A DNA stretch of 64,000 nucleotides from Eledone cirrhosa (GCA_964016885.1 OZ024742.1:61628001-61692000), one strand, 5' to 3'; shown: positions 1-12,326, counted from the first letter of the stretch. A program made the numbers and translations. The notes: a model not told the origin generated them from the letters alone.

Positions 1-844
1 GTCCGTGGCACCCATACCCACGCCACGGAAATCAAAAACAGCAGCAGCAGTGGAAATATTAACAAAAACAACAGCAATACCAAATGCAGCTGCAACAGAG
101 ACTCCAGTGCAAACATCACCAACAACAACAAGTGAAAGAGTGGAGCTGGTACCCCTCCCCGACCTCACAGAATCAGACATGGAGTGTGAGGTGGGAGAGA
201 GATGGCAAAATGTCGTAAGAAGGCACAAACGCAGAAGCAGCGCATCGTCGCCTTTGAAAAGGGAGGAAAGAAATGAGAAAAGGGTAAAGTCTACTGCAAA
301 GAGACCCACAGCAGCAACAACACCAACACCATCACCACCCACACTAGCACCACCATCACCACCGGCGACAACCCCACCGCCAACAACGCCTTCAACACCA
401 CCACCACAAGCACCAACATCGCAAACACAACAACAAAACACACACACCCAGCAACAACGACAAGAAAATAGCAGAACCACACCCCACCCCCAGAAAAAAA
501 AATGCACGGCAATAAATACACACAATAAGAAACTAATGACTTACATAATTGAACACACAGACATTTCACAACACGACTACATAATACCAGCACCAATCAA
601 AACGCCAACTAACATAAGACTGCTAAAAATAGCACAGAAACAATACACAAACATTAAAATGAAATTCCCCAACGCAGTTGGTGATTTCAGGGACCTAGGA
701 GGAACTATCAATCGAAGAGTATATTCAGACATTCTCATATAAGAGCCGACGACCGGCCGAAGGGACGATTCAACGGTCCCTTCACCAGACGATCAAGTGA
801 TAAGGGATGTAAAAACCATCCCTCCTCTACGAAAAGTACGTTAA
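1..844 (+). pseudogene. Tx1 ORF1 (gag-like) C-terminal part, premature stop at 740-742
   Basis: Near-identical to the C-terminal half of ORF 5294..6880; TAA at 740 replaces GAA of copy A2. Confidence 0.85.
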
Positions 845-880
845 GTGGTGTTTTCCCATCTTTTCCACTCTATTTTAAAC

Positions 881-3800
881 ATGACCTCACTCAGAATAGG
901 CAGCATAAATGCGCGTGGCTTGGGGTCGTCATGGAAGCAGGGTCACCTGCTCAACGACCTCAGGTCACTAAACATAGATGTAGTGGCCATCAGCGAGACC
1001 AGAATCTCCGAAGCACGGGCCTTCGCACCGATCTTCGGCGGCTACGATGTGTACGCATCTCCCAGCCGTCCTGGATCCGGTGGAGGATTTGCTGTGCTTT
1101 TTCGGAGAGGTTTGGATCTCGCCATACGGGCCATCTTCCTGGACCCAGAGGGTAAGCTGGTGGTGCTGGACGTGACCAGCGGAGACGGGCAAGCTTTCAG
1201 GCTAGTGGCCGTCTATGCCCCGACGGGAGCAGGGCGGCCTGATTTCTTCCGGCGTCTGGAGACCTTTCTTGGAACGTCCCGCTCTTTAGTGTTAGTGGGC
1301 GACTGGAACGGGATCTTAGATGCACGCTGGGACTGTCTGGGATTAGCGGATAGGGGTGGAGGGTGCAAGAGCCTCACCAACCTGCTCAGGCGTTTTGAAC
1401 TGTCTGACGGGTACCGATTGGATTTCCCGAATGTGCCAATGTGGACTTGGACAAATCGCATAGGGTCATCCAGATCATATCTAGATAGAGTATTTTGTAG
1501 GGAAATAGATAGGTCTAGCATAGGCTGTCCACAATTCAAGATAGTCAGCTACACGGACCACAAATTCGTGATCTGTGTGCTTGACATAGATAGGCTTCAT
1601 AGACGAGGACCCGGCTACTGGAAGCTAAACGCGTCCTTACCAGCGCGCAAGGCCTACAGAGACCGGATTAGCGAACTAGTTAAGCGGGCGTTGACGGTGG
1701 CCATCGTCAACAACAAGTGGTGGTTTGCTCTGAAAAGAGCGATTAGAATAGAATCGATTAGGTTTAGTAAGGCTTTAGCAATAGAGAAAAATAGAGCAGA
1801 GGGAGAACTAGTTAGAAAATTAGACGAGGCGCTTAGCAAAGGCATTGCGACCGACGTGCTTGCGGCGAAATTGGCCCTTGACCAATTCTTCAATGCAAAG
1901 CACGAAGGCTGCGTTGTCAGAGCAAGGGTGCGTGCTCTCAGACACGAGGGGACGAAAGCCGTTCAATGGGCCCGAGTGGCGGAGGCGCGTCGTGGCAACA
2001 AAGCCACGATCCGGTCTTTGGTGGACCACGACGGGCGCATGCTACTCGATCCCGGGCAAATGTGTGAAGCTTTTCAGCGACACTTCGCTCAGCTGTTCGG
2101 GGGCAGCGGTGGGCCGGGTAGAGGGATGGACTTTAGTGTCTACCTCGACGGACTGCCGCGGCTCTCGGCCACTGAGGCGAAGTGTTGCGAAAAGCCGATA
2201 ACAGCCGCTGAAGTAAGGGAGGCAATGACTGGCTGCACAAGGGGTAAATCGCCTGGTTTGGATGGTCTGCCCTATGAACTTTACGTACAGATGCCAGACT
2301 TGTTCGGAGGCCTCTTGGCGGACGTCTACTGCAACTGGCAACAGAACGGGAGAATTCCCAGTTCTGTGAGCCGAGGAGCGGTGGCACTGCTGAGAAAGGA
2401 TCCGAACAAGGGGGATAACATAGATAATTTCCGGCCCATAACTCTGCTAAACACAGAGTTCAAGATTTTGGCCAAGGTGCTAGCAAAGAGGTTGGCGCTT
2501 GTCGTTGGTGGTCTGGTGGGAGAGGCGCAGACATGCGCCATTCCCGACAGATCCATCCACGACAACCTCCACCTCATGCGATACATCATAGAGAGGGTAG
2601 CTAAGGAACCTGGCACGGGTGGGTCCTGATCAATTTAGATCAGTCGAAAGCTTTCGATAGGGTCGACCATCGTTACCTAGCGGCAGTCCTGAGGGCGGCT
2701 GGCTTTGGGCCCGTCTTCAGAGGCTGGATCGCTGCCATGCACAGCGACATCTGCTCTGTGGTGAGAGTGAACGGTCACCTGTCGGAACCGTTCAACATCA
2801 TGCGCTCGGTCCGCCAAGGATATCCCTTCTCGTCCCTCTTGTACGTATTGACTCTCGAGCCATTACTGCACAAACTGGAGACGTTGAGGGGCGTCCCGCG
2901 CGAACTAGGATGCGGAAGATCCGTGTCAGCATATGCGGACGATGTCACCGTAGTGGTGTCGAACGCCAAACACATCGAGGCGATTGGCACTACACTAAGA
3001 GAATACGAAGCGGTGACTGGAGCAATGATCAACCAGGAAAAGTCAGTGGGCCTGCAGCTCGGCACCTGGAGATGCAGGTCCATGCCGTCCAACAGCGTCA
3101 TCGGACGCTGGACGGACGGACCGGTTAAATTGCTAGGGGTCTGGTTCGGTCCGGACCTCCAGACGGACAAAAACTGGGACGAGGTGACGAGCAGGGTGGC
3201 TTCTCTCACCCAGAAAGGGGCGGAGAGGAAGCTATCCCTGAAAGGTCGAGCGGAGGTGGCTAACGCGTACATCGCGTCTGTCATCTGCTACCGCCTGACC
3301 GTTGTACCTTGTCCTAAGCCTCGCCTGACTGCGCTGGAGCGTTTGCTCTTTCGATTTTTGTGGAAGGGACGCGCTCCGATGGTTAGGCGTTCTATCTGTT
3401 GTCAACACCCGCTACGTGGAGGGCTGGGCATGCTGTGGCTGATGATGTGCAGGCACGCGCTCAGGCTACGACATCTCCACCTCTTCCTCGACGGTGATCA
3501 GATGTGGTCGCCGTTTGCTAGACACGTATTTCCCCAGCTCGTTTCCTTGACGGAGCTGCAGTCCTGGGTCAAGCGAAGACCGAGAGGGAACGCCTGGAAA
3601 CTGGAATGTCTTCAGGCGCTCACAGCCCTCGACCAATCGGGCAATGTGATCGGTGGAAACTCCACCTCGGCGTTCTATAGAGGATTAGTGGAGGGGAAGA
3701 GCGACGACGTACTTGGGGAAACTCTAGCCGTCGACGAAAATCAACTAGCCAATCTCTTCGGAAGAACTTTCGGGCCAGGGCCTATGGACAACTTCCAGAA

Positions 3801-4298
3801 ATCTCTGGCCTGACAGTGCTACCGAGGAGCCTTGCCAGTTCGGGATAAACCCTGCAGGCATGGAGGTGCCGTCAGCCGGGCATGTCCGAGATGTGCGCAG
3901 GGCGATGAAACCGTCCTGCACGCACTCGTCCAGTGTCCGAAAATTTCTGACTTGTGGGTATATGTCGAACACCTGCTGTCGCGTTTAGGACGGATCCGGC
4001 TATCTCTGAGTCCATCGTGAGGATTGCCCCGCCTTCCTCCTTTAGCCGGGAAGGGCAGGCAGTTTTTATCTGTCTGGTGGCCATGGCGAAAGAGATAGTA
4101 TGGTGGACACCTTTGAAAGGGCTGAAGACGAGCACTTACATCTTCGGTATTGCTCTGATTGACTTTTTCAAATTTCATTTGAAAAGGAAAATCAGAGTAG
4201 AGAGGGAAGTGCTCTCTTCCCAGCATGTTGTTGAAAGATGGGTGAGAGAAGCAAGAATGGCCCGAGTGAATGGGCCTACTCTGAGTATATATCTGTAA
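881..4298 (+). pseudogene. Tx1 ORF2 (APE endonuclease, reverse transcriptase, C-terminal zinc knuckle), disrupted
   Basis: APE motifs INARGL, SETR, VYAP, GDWN, SYLDR, TDH; RT motifs KSPGLDG, FRPITLLN, YADD; CPRC...H...C. Relative to A2: 1-nt deletions at about 2626 and 4004, TGA at 3811. Confidence 0.92.
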
Positions 4299-4787
4299 AT
4301 TAAAGGTGGAAAACTGGGAGAAGGCACTTGCCTTGGTGGTCAGGGTCATTGTGGCTTTTTACTGGGCTTTCTCAACAAATGTCCCTCCGAAGTCTCCCCC
4401 CTATTGGGGAATTTTTCATTGTTATTTTTTGTTACATCCTCTGTTTTTGGTTTTTTTACACGCAGAAATGCCCATTTGTACCGTCCTGCATTGTCCTGCA
4501 CTGTCCTTAATGTCTACTTAATGTAAACCCTTGTGGTTAATAAAGAAATCATTATTATTATTATTATTATTGAATGCCATGGTTGACGGAGGCTCGGCTC
4601 TGTAAGGTATATTAATTTTTAACCGTTAAAACAATTGTAAATTGGCTAAAACTTGAACCAAATTGTTGATAAAGACACCCTCCTCCTCGTGAGAGGGGTC
4701 TTTCTGTCCGTTATTTGGCCCTTCGGGGTTAAATAACCAGTTATTGGGGTTTTGTACCCAAAATTTCATTTTAAACAAAAAAACAAC

Positions 4788-6880
4788 ATGGCTACGAAAA
4801 AGAAATTTCATACGTCACTCCCACTCATTCCGTCTTCTTCTTCCTCAATCATCACTACAGCAGAGAGAAGATTGTCTCTCTTCCTCCCTTCTTTAAATGT
4901 GTCTCTCTCCCTCCCTTCTCTTTCGCAAGTGACGAAAGAAAAGAAAAGTCTCGTGCAAAGCGTGCCAGGTTTCTCCACGACGACGACGACAGCGACGAAA
5001 CAGGTGTGCGGGAAATACGAAAACCCAGTTCATTCGTCTGACGTCAGGAATAATAGCAGTAGCAGCCGTAATAACAACAGCAACAGTGACAATGAAAACA
5101 ACAGTAGCAGCCGCAACAGCATCACCAGCAGCATAAACAACAACAGCATTAGCAGCAGCACACCAACAACAACCACAGCAACAGCGGCGGAGGCAGTAGT
5201 CGTAGTACCTGCAGCAACAACAAAAGTACCAGCAGCTCTGACGACAACAACAGCAGAGAAAAACCAATCTCATTTGCAGGTATTGCGAAAAACTTGGAAA
5301 CAATCCTCATAACAAATGAGGAATTAGAGGAAGCGAAGAAGATGGTGACAAAGAACGGACACCGAGCAATCTGCAAGGCAGCGGAAAAATTTTTCGAAAC
5401 CCAAGAGCACTGTACGGTCACGTACCGTACAGTAAGTACAAAATCCCGTAGGGTGGAAAGAGCCACAGAGGCTCAAATACAAAAAGCCTTGGGGTCTGTG
5501 TGGCAGCGGAAAACGCACATCACCCGAGGCAAAAAATATGCCACCGTAGACGTACTTTTTGCCACACCCCAGGAGGCAAAGGCCCAATCAGTAGTGACCC
5601 TAAGGAGCGAGGAAATGGTGTTGGTGCCCTCCTACTGCGGGCAAAAAATTGTGAGGGTCAAACTAACCCACGTCCCCCCCGGAATGACCCCTTCTTGGCT
5701 GGCCGCGTCTGTCCTCGTCGGAATCGAGGACAAAACAACTGTACTGCAAGTACAGAAAAAAGTAAGAGAAGATTGGGTCGGCTCCTCCATTGAGATGCTA
5801 ATCCAAACCAACCAGGAGTGCATCGAAGCTATCCCGGATGTGATAGACTTCGATAACGGCACTCAACTGCCCATAAGTGTTGAGGGCAAACGCCCGAAAT
5901 GCTTTCGCTGTGGATCGAAGACTCACCTCAGGGCCTTCTGCAACGAGAAGACCCTGAGAAAGGAGAAAACCCCCCTCCTTCCGAATCCGGCTCCACGGCT
6001 ACCAGCAACAGGACAAGCGGCAACCAGGAACGATAGGCCCGTGGCACCCATACCGACTCCACGGAAATCAAAAACAGCAGCAGCAGTGGAAATACTAACA
6101 ACAACAACTGCAATACCAAATGCAGCTGCAACAGAGACTCCAGTGCAAACATCACCAACAACAACAAGTGAAAGAGTGGAGCTGGTACCCCTCCCCGACC
6201 TCACAGAATCAGACATGGAGTGTGAGGTGGGAGAGAGATGGCAAAAGGTCGTAAGAAGGCACAAACGCAGAAGCAGCGCATCGTCGCCTTTGAAAAGGGA
6301 GGAAAGAAATGAGAAAAGGGTAAAGTCTACTGCAAAGAGACCCACAGCAGCAACAACACCAACACCATCACCACCCACACTAGCACCACCATCACCACCG
6401 GCGACAACCCCACCGCCAACAACACCTTCAACACCACCACCACAAGCACCAACATCACAAACACAACAACAAAACACACACACCCAGCAACAACGACAAG
6501 AAAATAGCAGAACCACACCCCACCCCCAGAAAAACAAATGCACGGCAATAAATACACACAACAAGAAACTAATGACTTACATAATTGAACACACAGACAT
6601 TTCACAACAGGACTACATAATACCAGCACCAATCAAAACGCCAACTAACATAAGACTGCTAAAAATAGCACAGAAACAATACACAAATATTAAAACGAAA
6701 TTCCCCAACGCAGTTGGTGATTTCAGGGACCTAGGAGGAACCATCAATCGAAGAGTATACTCAGACATTCTCTTAGAAGAGCCGACGACCAGCCGAAGGG
6801 ACGATTCAACGGTCCCTTCACCAGACGATCAAGTGAAAAGGGATGTAAAAACCATCCCTCCTCTACCAAAAGTACGGTAA
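4788..6880 (+). pseudogene. Tx1 ORF1 gag-like protein with CCHC zinc knuckle; one frameshift near 5160
   Basis: ATG at 4788 (MATKKKF...). The Ser/Asn-rich tract continues in the 5294-ORF frame after about 5160 (…SDDNNSREKPISFAGIAKNLETIL…); CFRCGSKTHLRAFC = CX2CX4HX4C. Confidence 0.85.
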
Positions 6881-6915
6881 GTGGTCTTTCCCATCTTTTC
6901 CACTCTATTTTAAAC

Positions 6916-9900
6916 ATGACCTCACTCAGAATAGGCAGCATAAATGCGCGTGGCTTGGGGTCGTCATGGAAGCAGGGTCACCTGCTCAACGACCTCAGGT
7001 CACTAAACATAGATGTAGTGGCCATCAGCGAGACCAGAATCTCCGAAGCACGGGCCTTCGCACCGATCTTCGGCGGCTACGATGTGTACGCATCTCCCAG
7101 CCGTCCTGGATCCGGTGGAAGAGTTGCTGTACTTTTTCGGAGAGGTTTGGATCTCGCCATACGGGCCATCTTCCTGGACCCAGAGGGTAAGCTGGTGGTG
7201 CTGGACGTGACCAGCGTAGACGGGCAAGCTTTCAGGCTAGTGGCCGTCTATGCCCCGACAGGAGCAGGGCGGCCTGATTTCTTCCGGCGTCTGGAGACCT
7301 TTCTTGGAACGTCCCGCTCTTTAGTGTTAGTGGGCGACTGGAACGGGATCTTAGATGCACGCTGGGACTGTCTGGGATTAGCGGATAGGGGTGGAGGGTG
7401 CAAGAGCCTCACCAAGCTGCTCAGGCGTTTTGAACTGTCTGACAGGTACCGATTGGATTTCCCGAATGTGCCAATGTGAACTTGGACAAACCGCATAGGG
7501 TCATGCAGATCATATCTAGATAGAGTATTTTGTATGGAAATAGATAGGTCTAGCATAGGCTGTCCACAATTCAAGATAGTCAGCTACACGGACCACAAAT
7601 TCGTGATCTGTGTGCTTGACTTAGATAGGCTTCATAGACGAGGACCCGGCTACTGGAAGCTAAACGCGTCCTTACCAGCGCGCAAGGCCTACAGAGACCG
7701 GATTAGCGAACTAGTTAAGCGGGCGTTGACGGGGGCCATCGTCAACAACAAGTGGTGGTTTGCTCTGAAAAGAGCGATTAGAATAGAATCGATTAGGTTT
7801 AGTAAGGCTTTAGCAATAGAGAAAAATAGAGCAGAGGGAGAACTAGTTAGAAAATTAGACGAGGCGCTTAGCAAAGGCATTGCGACCGACGTGCTTGCGG
7901 CGAAATTGGCCCTTGACCAATTCTTCAATGCAAAGCACGAAGGCTGCGTTGTCAGAGCAAGGGTGCGTGCTCTCAGACACGAGGGGACGAAAGCCGTTCA
8001 ATGGGCCCGAGTGGCGGAGGCGCGTCGTGGCAACAAAGCCACGATCCGGTCTTTGGTGGACCACGACGGGCGCATGCTACTCGATCCCGGGCAAATGTGT
8101 GAAGCTTTTCAGCGACACTTCGCTCAGCTGTTCGGGGGCAGCGGTGGGCCGGGTAGAGGGATGGACTTTAGTGTCTACCTCGACGGACTGCCGCGGCTCT
8201 CGGCCACTGAGGCGAAGTGTTGCGAAAAGCCGATAACAGCCGCTGAAGTAAGGGAGGCAATGACTGGCTGCACAAGGGGTAAATCGCCTGGTTTGGATGG
8301 TCTGCCCTATGAACTTTACGTACAGATGCCAGACTTGTTCGGAGGCCTCTTGGCGGACGTCTACTGCAACTGGCAACAGAACGGGAGAATTCCCAGTTCT
8401 GTGAGCCGAGGAGCGGTGGCACTGCTGAGAAAGGATCCGAACAAGGGGGATAACATAGATAATTTCCGGCCCATAACTCTGCTAAACACAGAGTTCAAGA
8501 TTTTGGCCAAGGTGCTAGCAAAGAGGTTGGCGCTTGTCGTTGGTGGTCTGGTGGGAGAGGCGCAGACATGCGCCATTCCCGACAGATCCATCCACGACAA
8601 CCTCCACCTCATGCGATACATCATAGAGAGGGTAGCTAAGGAACCTGGCACGGGTGGGTCCTTGATCAATTTAGATCAGTCGAAAGCTTTCGATAGGGTC
8701 GACCATCGTTACCTAGCGGCAGTCCTGAGGGCGGCTGGCTTTGGGCCCGTCTTCAGAGGCTGGATCGCTGCCATGCACAGCGACATCTGCTCTGTGGTGA
8801 GAGTGAACGGTCACCTGTCGGAACCGTTCAACATCATGCGCTCGGTCCGCCAAGGATGTCCCCTCTCGTCCCTCTTGTAAGTATTGACTCTCGAGCCATT
8901 ACTGCACAAACTGGAGACGTTGAGGGGAGTCCCGCGCGAACTAGGATGCGGAAGATCAGTGTCAGCATATGCGGATGATGTCACCGTAGTGGTGTCGAGC
9001 GCCAAACACATCGAGGCGATCGGCACTACACTAAGAGAATACGAAGCGGTGACAGGAGCAATGATCAACCAGGAAAAGTCAGTGGGCCTGCAGCTCGGCA
9101 CCTGGAGAGGCAGGTCCATGCCGTCCAACAGCGTCGTCGGACGCTGGACGGACGGACCGGTTAAATTGCTAGGGGTCTGGTTCGGTCCGGACCTCCAGAC
9201 GGACAAAAACTGGGACGAGGTGACGAGCAGGGTGGCTTCTCTCACCCAGAAATGGGCGGAGAGGAAGCTATCCCTGAAAGGTCGAGCGGAGGTGGCTAAC
9301 GCGTACATCGCGTCCGTCATCTGCTACCGTCTGACCGTCGTACCTTGTCCTAAGCCTCGCCTGACTGCGCTGGAGCGTTTGCTCTTTCGCTTTTTGTGGA
9401 AGGGACGCGCTCCGATGGTCAGGCGGTCCATCTGTTGTCAACACCCGCTACGTGGAGGGCTGGGCATGCCGTGGCTGATGATGCGCAGGCACGCGCTCAG
9501 GCTACGACATCTCCACCTCTTCCTCGACGGTGATCAGGTGTGGTCGCCGTTTGCTAGGCGCGTGTTTCCCCAGCTCGTTTCCTTGACGGAGCTGCAGTCC
9601 TGGGTCAAGCGAAGACCGAGAGGGAGCGCCTGGAGACTGGAATGTCTTCAGGCGCTCACAGCCCTCGACCAATCGGGCAATGTGATCGGTGGAAACTCCA
9701 CCTCGGCATTCTATAGAGGATTAGTGGAGGGTAAGAGCGATGACGTACTTGGGGAAACTCTAGGCGTCGACGAAAATCAACTAGCCAATCTCTTCGGAAG
9801 AACTTTCGGGCCAGGGCCTATGGACAACTTCCAGAAATCTCTGGCCTGGCAGTGCTACCGAGGAGCCTTGCCAGTTCGGGATAAACTCTACAGGCATGGA

Positions 9901-10335
9901 GGTGCCGTCAGCCGGGCATGTCCGAGATGCGCGCAGGGCGACGAAACCGTCCTGCACGCACTCGTCCAGTGTCCGAAAATTGCTGACTTGTGGGTTTATG
10001 TCGAACACCTGCTGTCGCGTTTAGGACGGATCCGGCTATCATCTGAGTCCATCGTGAGGATTGCCCCGCCCTCCTCCTTTAGCCGGGAAGGGCAGGCAGT
10101 TTTTATCTGCCTGGTGGCCATGGTGAAAGAGATAGTATGGTGGACACGTTTGAAAGGGCTGAAGACGAGCACTTACCTCTTCGGTGATGCTCTGATTGAC
10201 TTTTTCAAATTTCATTTGAAAAGGAAAATCAGAGTAGAGAGGGAAGTGCTCTCTTCCCAGCATTTTGTTGAAAGATGGGTGAGAGAAGCAAGAATGGCCC
10301 GAGTGAATGGGCCTACTCTGAGTATATATCTGTAA
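6916..10335 (+). pseudogene. Tx1 ORF2 (APE-RT-CCHC), 1139 codons in one frame with two nonsense codons
   Basis: ORFs 6916, 7534 and 8884 share a frame; TGA at 7477 (TGG in A1) and TAA at 8878 (TAC in A1); motifs QGCPLS, YADD, CPRCAQGDETVLHALVQC. Confidence 0.93.
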
Positions 10336-10606
10336 ATTAAAGGTGGAAAACTGAGAGAGGGCACTTGCCTTGGTGGTCAGGGTCATTGTGGCTTTTTACT
10401 GGGCTTTCACCACAAATGTCCCTCCGAAGTCTCCCCCCTATTGGGGAATTTTTCATTGTTATTTTCATTGTTATTTTTGTTACATCCTCTGTTTTTGTTT
10501 TTTACACGCAGAAATGCCCATTTGTACCGTCCTGCATTGTCCTGCACTGTCCTTAATGTCTACTTTATGTAAACCCTTGTGGTTAATAAAGAAATCATTA
10601 TTATTA

Positions 10607-10648
<42 letters not shown>

Positions 10649-10872
10649 GGGCGGTGATTGGCAGTATCGGTACAGGGTCGGACGCCATGCTTTGCAGTAG
10701 AGAGTTACAGCCCTTTATGATCTGAGTTCAAATCCCGCCGAGGTTAACTTTGCCTTTCATCCTTACGGGGTCGATAAAATAAAGTACCAGTCACGCACTG
10801 AGGCCGATTTAATCGACTTTCCCCTCCCCAAAATGTCTGGTCTTGTGCCTATATAAGAAACCATTATTATTA
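10649..10872 (+). mobile_element. tRNA-derived SINE (octopus-type), array copy 1
   Basis: A-box-like TGGCAGTATCGG, B-box GAGTTCAAATCC, core GCCTTTCATCCTTACGGGGTCGATAAAATAAAGTACCAG, tail CTTGTGCC...AGAAACC(ATT)n. Confidence 0.85.
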
Positions 10873-11071
10873 GGGCGGTGGTTGGCAGTATCGGTAGAGG
10901 GTCGGATGCCATGCTTTGCAGCATAGAGTTACGGTCCTTTACTTTCTGAGTTCAAATCCCGCCGAGGTTAACTTTGCATTCATCCTTACGGAGTCGATAA
11001 AATAAAGTGCCAGTAATGCGCTGGGATAATTGCTGGCCTTGTGCCAAAAAGTAGAAACAATTATTATTATT
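10873..11071 (+). mobile_element. tRNA-derived SINE, array copy 2
   Basis: Same head, core and tail as copy 1; separated from it by ATT repeats. Confidence 0.85.
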
Positions 11072-11076
11072 GAGAG

Positions 11077-11274
11077 GGCCGTGGATTGGCAGTATCAGTA
11101 TAACGTCGAACAACATTCTTTGAGGCATATTATTATGTTCAAATCCCGTCGAGATTCGCTTTTATCCTTACAGGATTGATGAAACAGAGTACCAGTAACG
11201 CACTTGATCGATTTAATCGACTTCCCCTAGCCTTTAAATTGCTGGTTTTGTGCCAAATGTAGAAATAATTATTA
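11077..11274 (+). mobile_element. tRNA-derived SINE, array copy 3 (more diverged)
   Basis: TTGGCAGTATC…GTTCAAATCCCG…AGTACCAGT…TTGTGCCAAATGTAGAAATAATTATT. Confidence 0.8.
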
Positions 11275-11276
11275 AA

Positions 11277-11499
11277 GTTGTAGATTAGCAGTATCGATAA
11301 TGTGTCGGGCAATATGCTTGACGGCATTTAGTTATAGCCCGTTACATTCTGAAATCGAATCCCGCCGCAGTTAGTTTTGCCTTTCATCCTTTCGGGGTCG
11401 ATAAGATAAAGTACCAGTAACGCATTAGGGTCGATTTAATCGACGTTCTCTTCCTCTTTAAATTGACGGCCTTGTGCCGAGAGTGATAAACAATTATTA
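11277..11499 (+). mobile_element. tRNA-derived SINE, array copy 4 (diverged head)
   Basis: Core GCCTTTCATCCTTTCGGGGTCGATAAG and tail GGCCTTGTGCC…AAACAATTATTA. Confidence 0.8.
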
Positions 11500-11838
11500 G
11501 TATATTTCATTAGTTTTTTTTATATAGTTGATGTCCATGTAATAAAACTTTGGAAATATCTCCAAGCTATCAATTCCTCACGGGTAAATATTATTTTATG
11601 AAATCTATGTATGATATCGTATGCTATATTCAATATGCATTTCTTTAAACATGCAGACCTTGTTGCATCATCCAAAAAAATTAGCAGTTTGTTGCTTAGA
11701 GCAGCGTCCGGTATTAATCGAATTTACACCAAAGCGAATCATTTTTGTGCATATGCACCGAAAAGTAACAGTATGTATTTTGGGAAGATCTACAGGGACC
11801 AGTAAATTTGCTTAATAGAATTTATCAGAAATACATTA

Positions 11839-11884
<46 letters not shown>

Positions 11885-12035
11885 GGCCTTGTGGGTCTTT
11901 TTGTTGTTGTTAATCTCGAGGATTACTATGTGTTGCCGGAGAGATATTAAATATGATGAAATTATATTATGTAAGTCAAATGTAAATAAGCTTAACATTA
12001 GAATATCGAATCTATTGGTTATATATCTATATACA

Positions 12036-12066
<31 letters not shown>

Positions 12067-12291
12067 GTAGAAATATGTGTATGTGCATATGTATGTAAAT
12101 ATCTCTATAAGCATATCTACGTATATTGGTTATATATATATGTATATATATGAGTATGTTTAAGTTTGCAGATGGGTAAATCACCGGGTAACATAATCGA
12201 GTGGCAGTAGGAGGAAGGAAGAGAAATGTAGAAAGGAACGTAAAAGTACGTAAAAAGAAAGATGGAGATACCTGGGAATAGATTTATTCGT

Positions 12292-12326
12292 CCCTATATT
12301 TCGGATTTAACATCCTTCGTCGGGGG
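12292..12326 (-). ncRNA. Degenerate minimal hammerhead-like motif in a PLE-end relic
   Basis: Minus strand CCC-CCGACGA-A-GGAT(GTTAA)ATCC-GAAA-TATA-GGG; the core has a U4>C mismatch. Confidence 0.35.

Larger units (their letters stand above)
1..4571 (+). mobile_element. L1/Tx1-clade non-LTR retrotransposon, subfamily A, copy A1 (5' end outside window)
   Basis: ORF1 C-terminus, ORF2 (APE-RT-CCHC), 3'UTR ending CCCTTGTGGTTAATAAAGAAATC then (ATT)7 at 4551-4571; near-identical to the copy about 6035 bp downstream. Confidence 0.93.
4572..10648 (+). mobile_element. L1/Tx1-clade LINE subfamily A, copy A2, apparently full length (about 6.0 kb)
   Basis: Starts right after the (ATT)n tail of A1; 5'UTR, ORF1, 35-nt spacer, ORF2, 3'UTR with AATAAA and (ATT)n tail at 10597-10648. 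Confidence 0.95.

Noticed and set aside
5140-5312. Programmed frameshift in Tx1 ORF1
   Set aside because: The shift lies in a low-complexity AGC/AAC tract with no slippery heptamer; a simple indel or sequencing error is more likely.
291-10386. Antisense and overlapping ORFs duplicated in both LINE copies
   Set aside because: Their conservation merely reflects the near-identity of the copies and GC-rich codons.
10649-11499. SINE array as tRNA gene cluster or CRISPR-like array
   Set aside because: No cloverleaf; units are about 200-bp dispersed SINEs with tails, with no repeat-spacer structure or cas genes.
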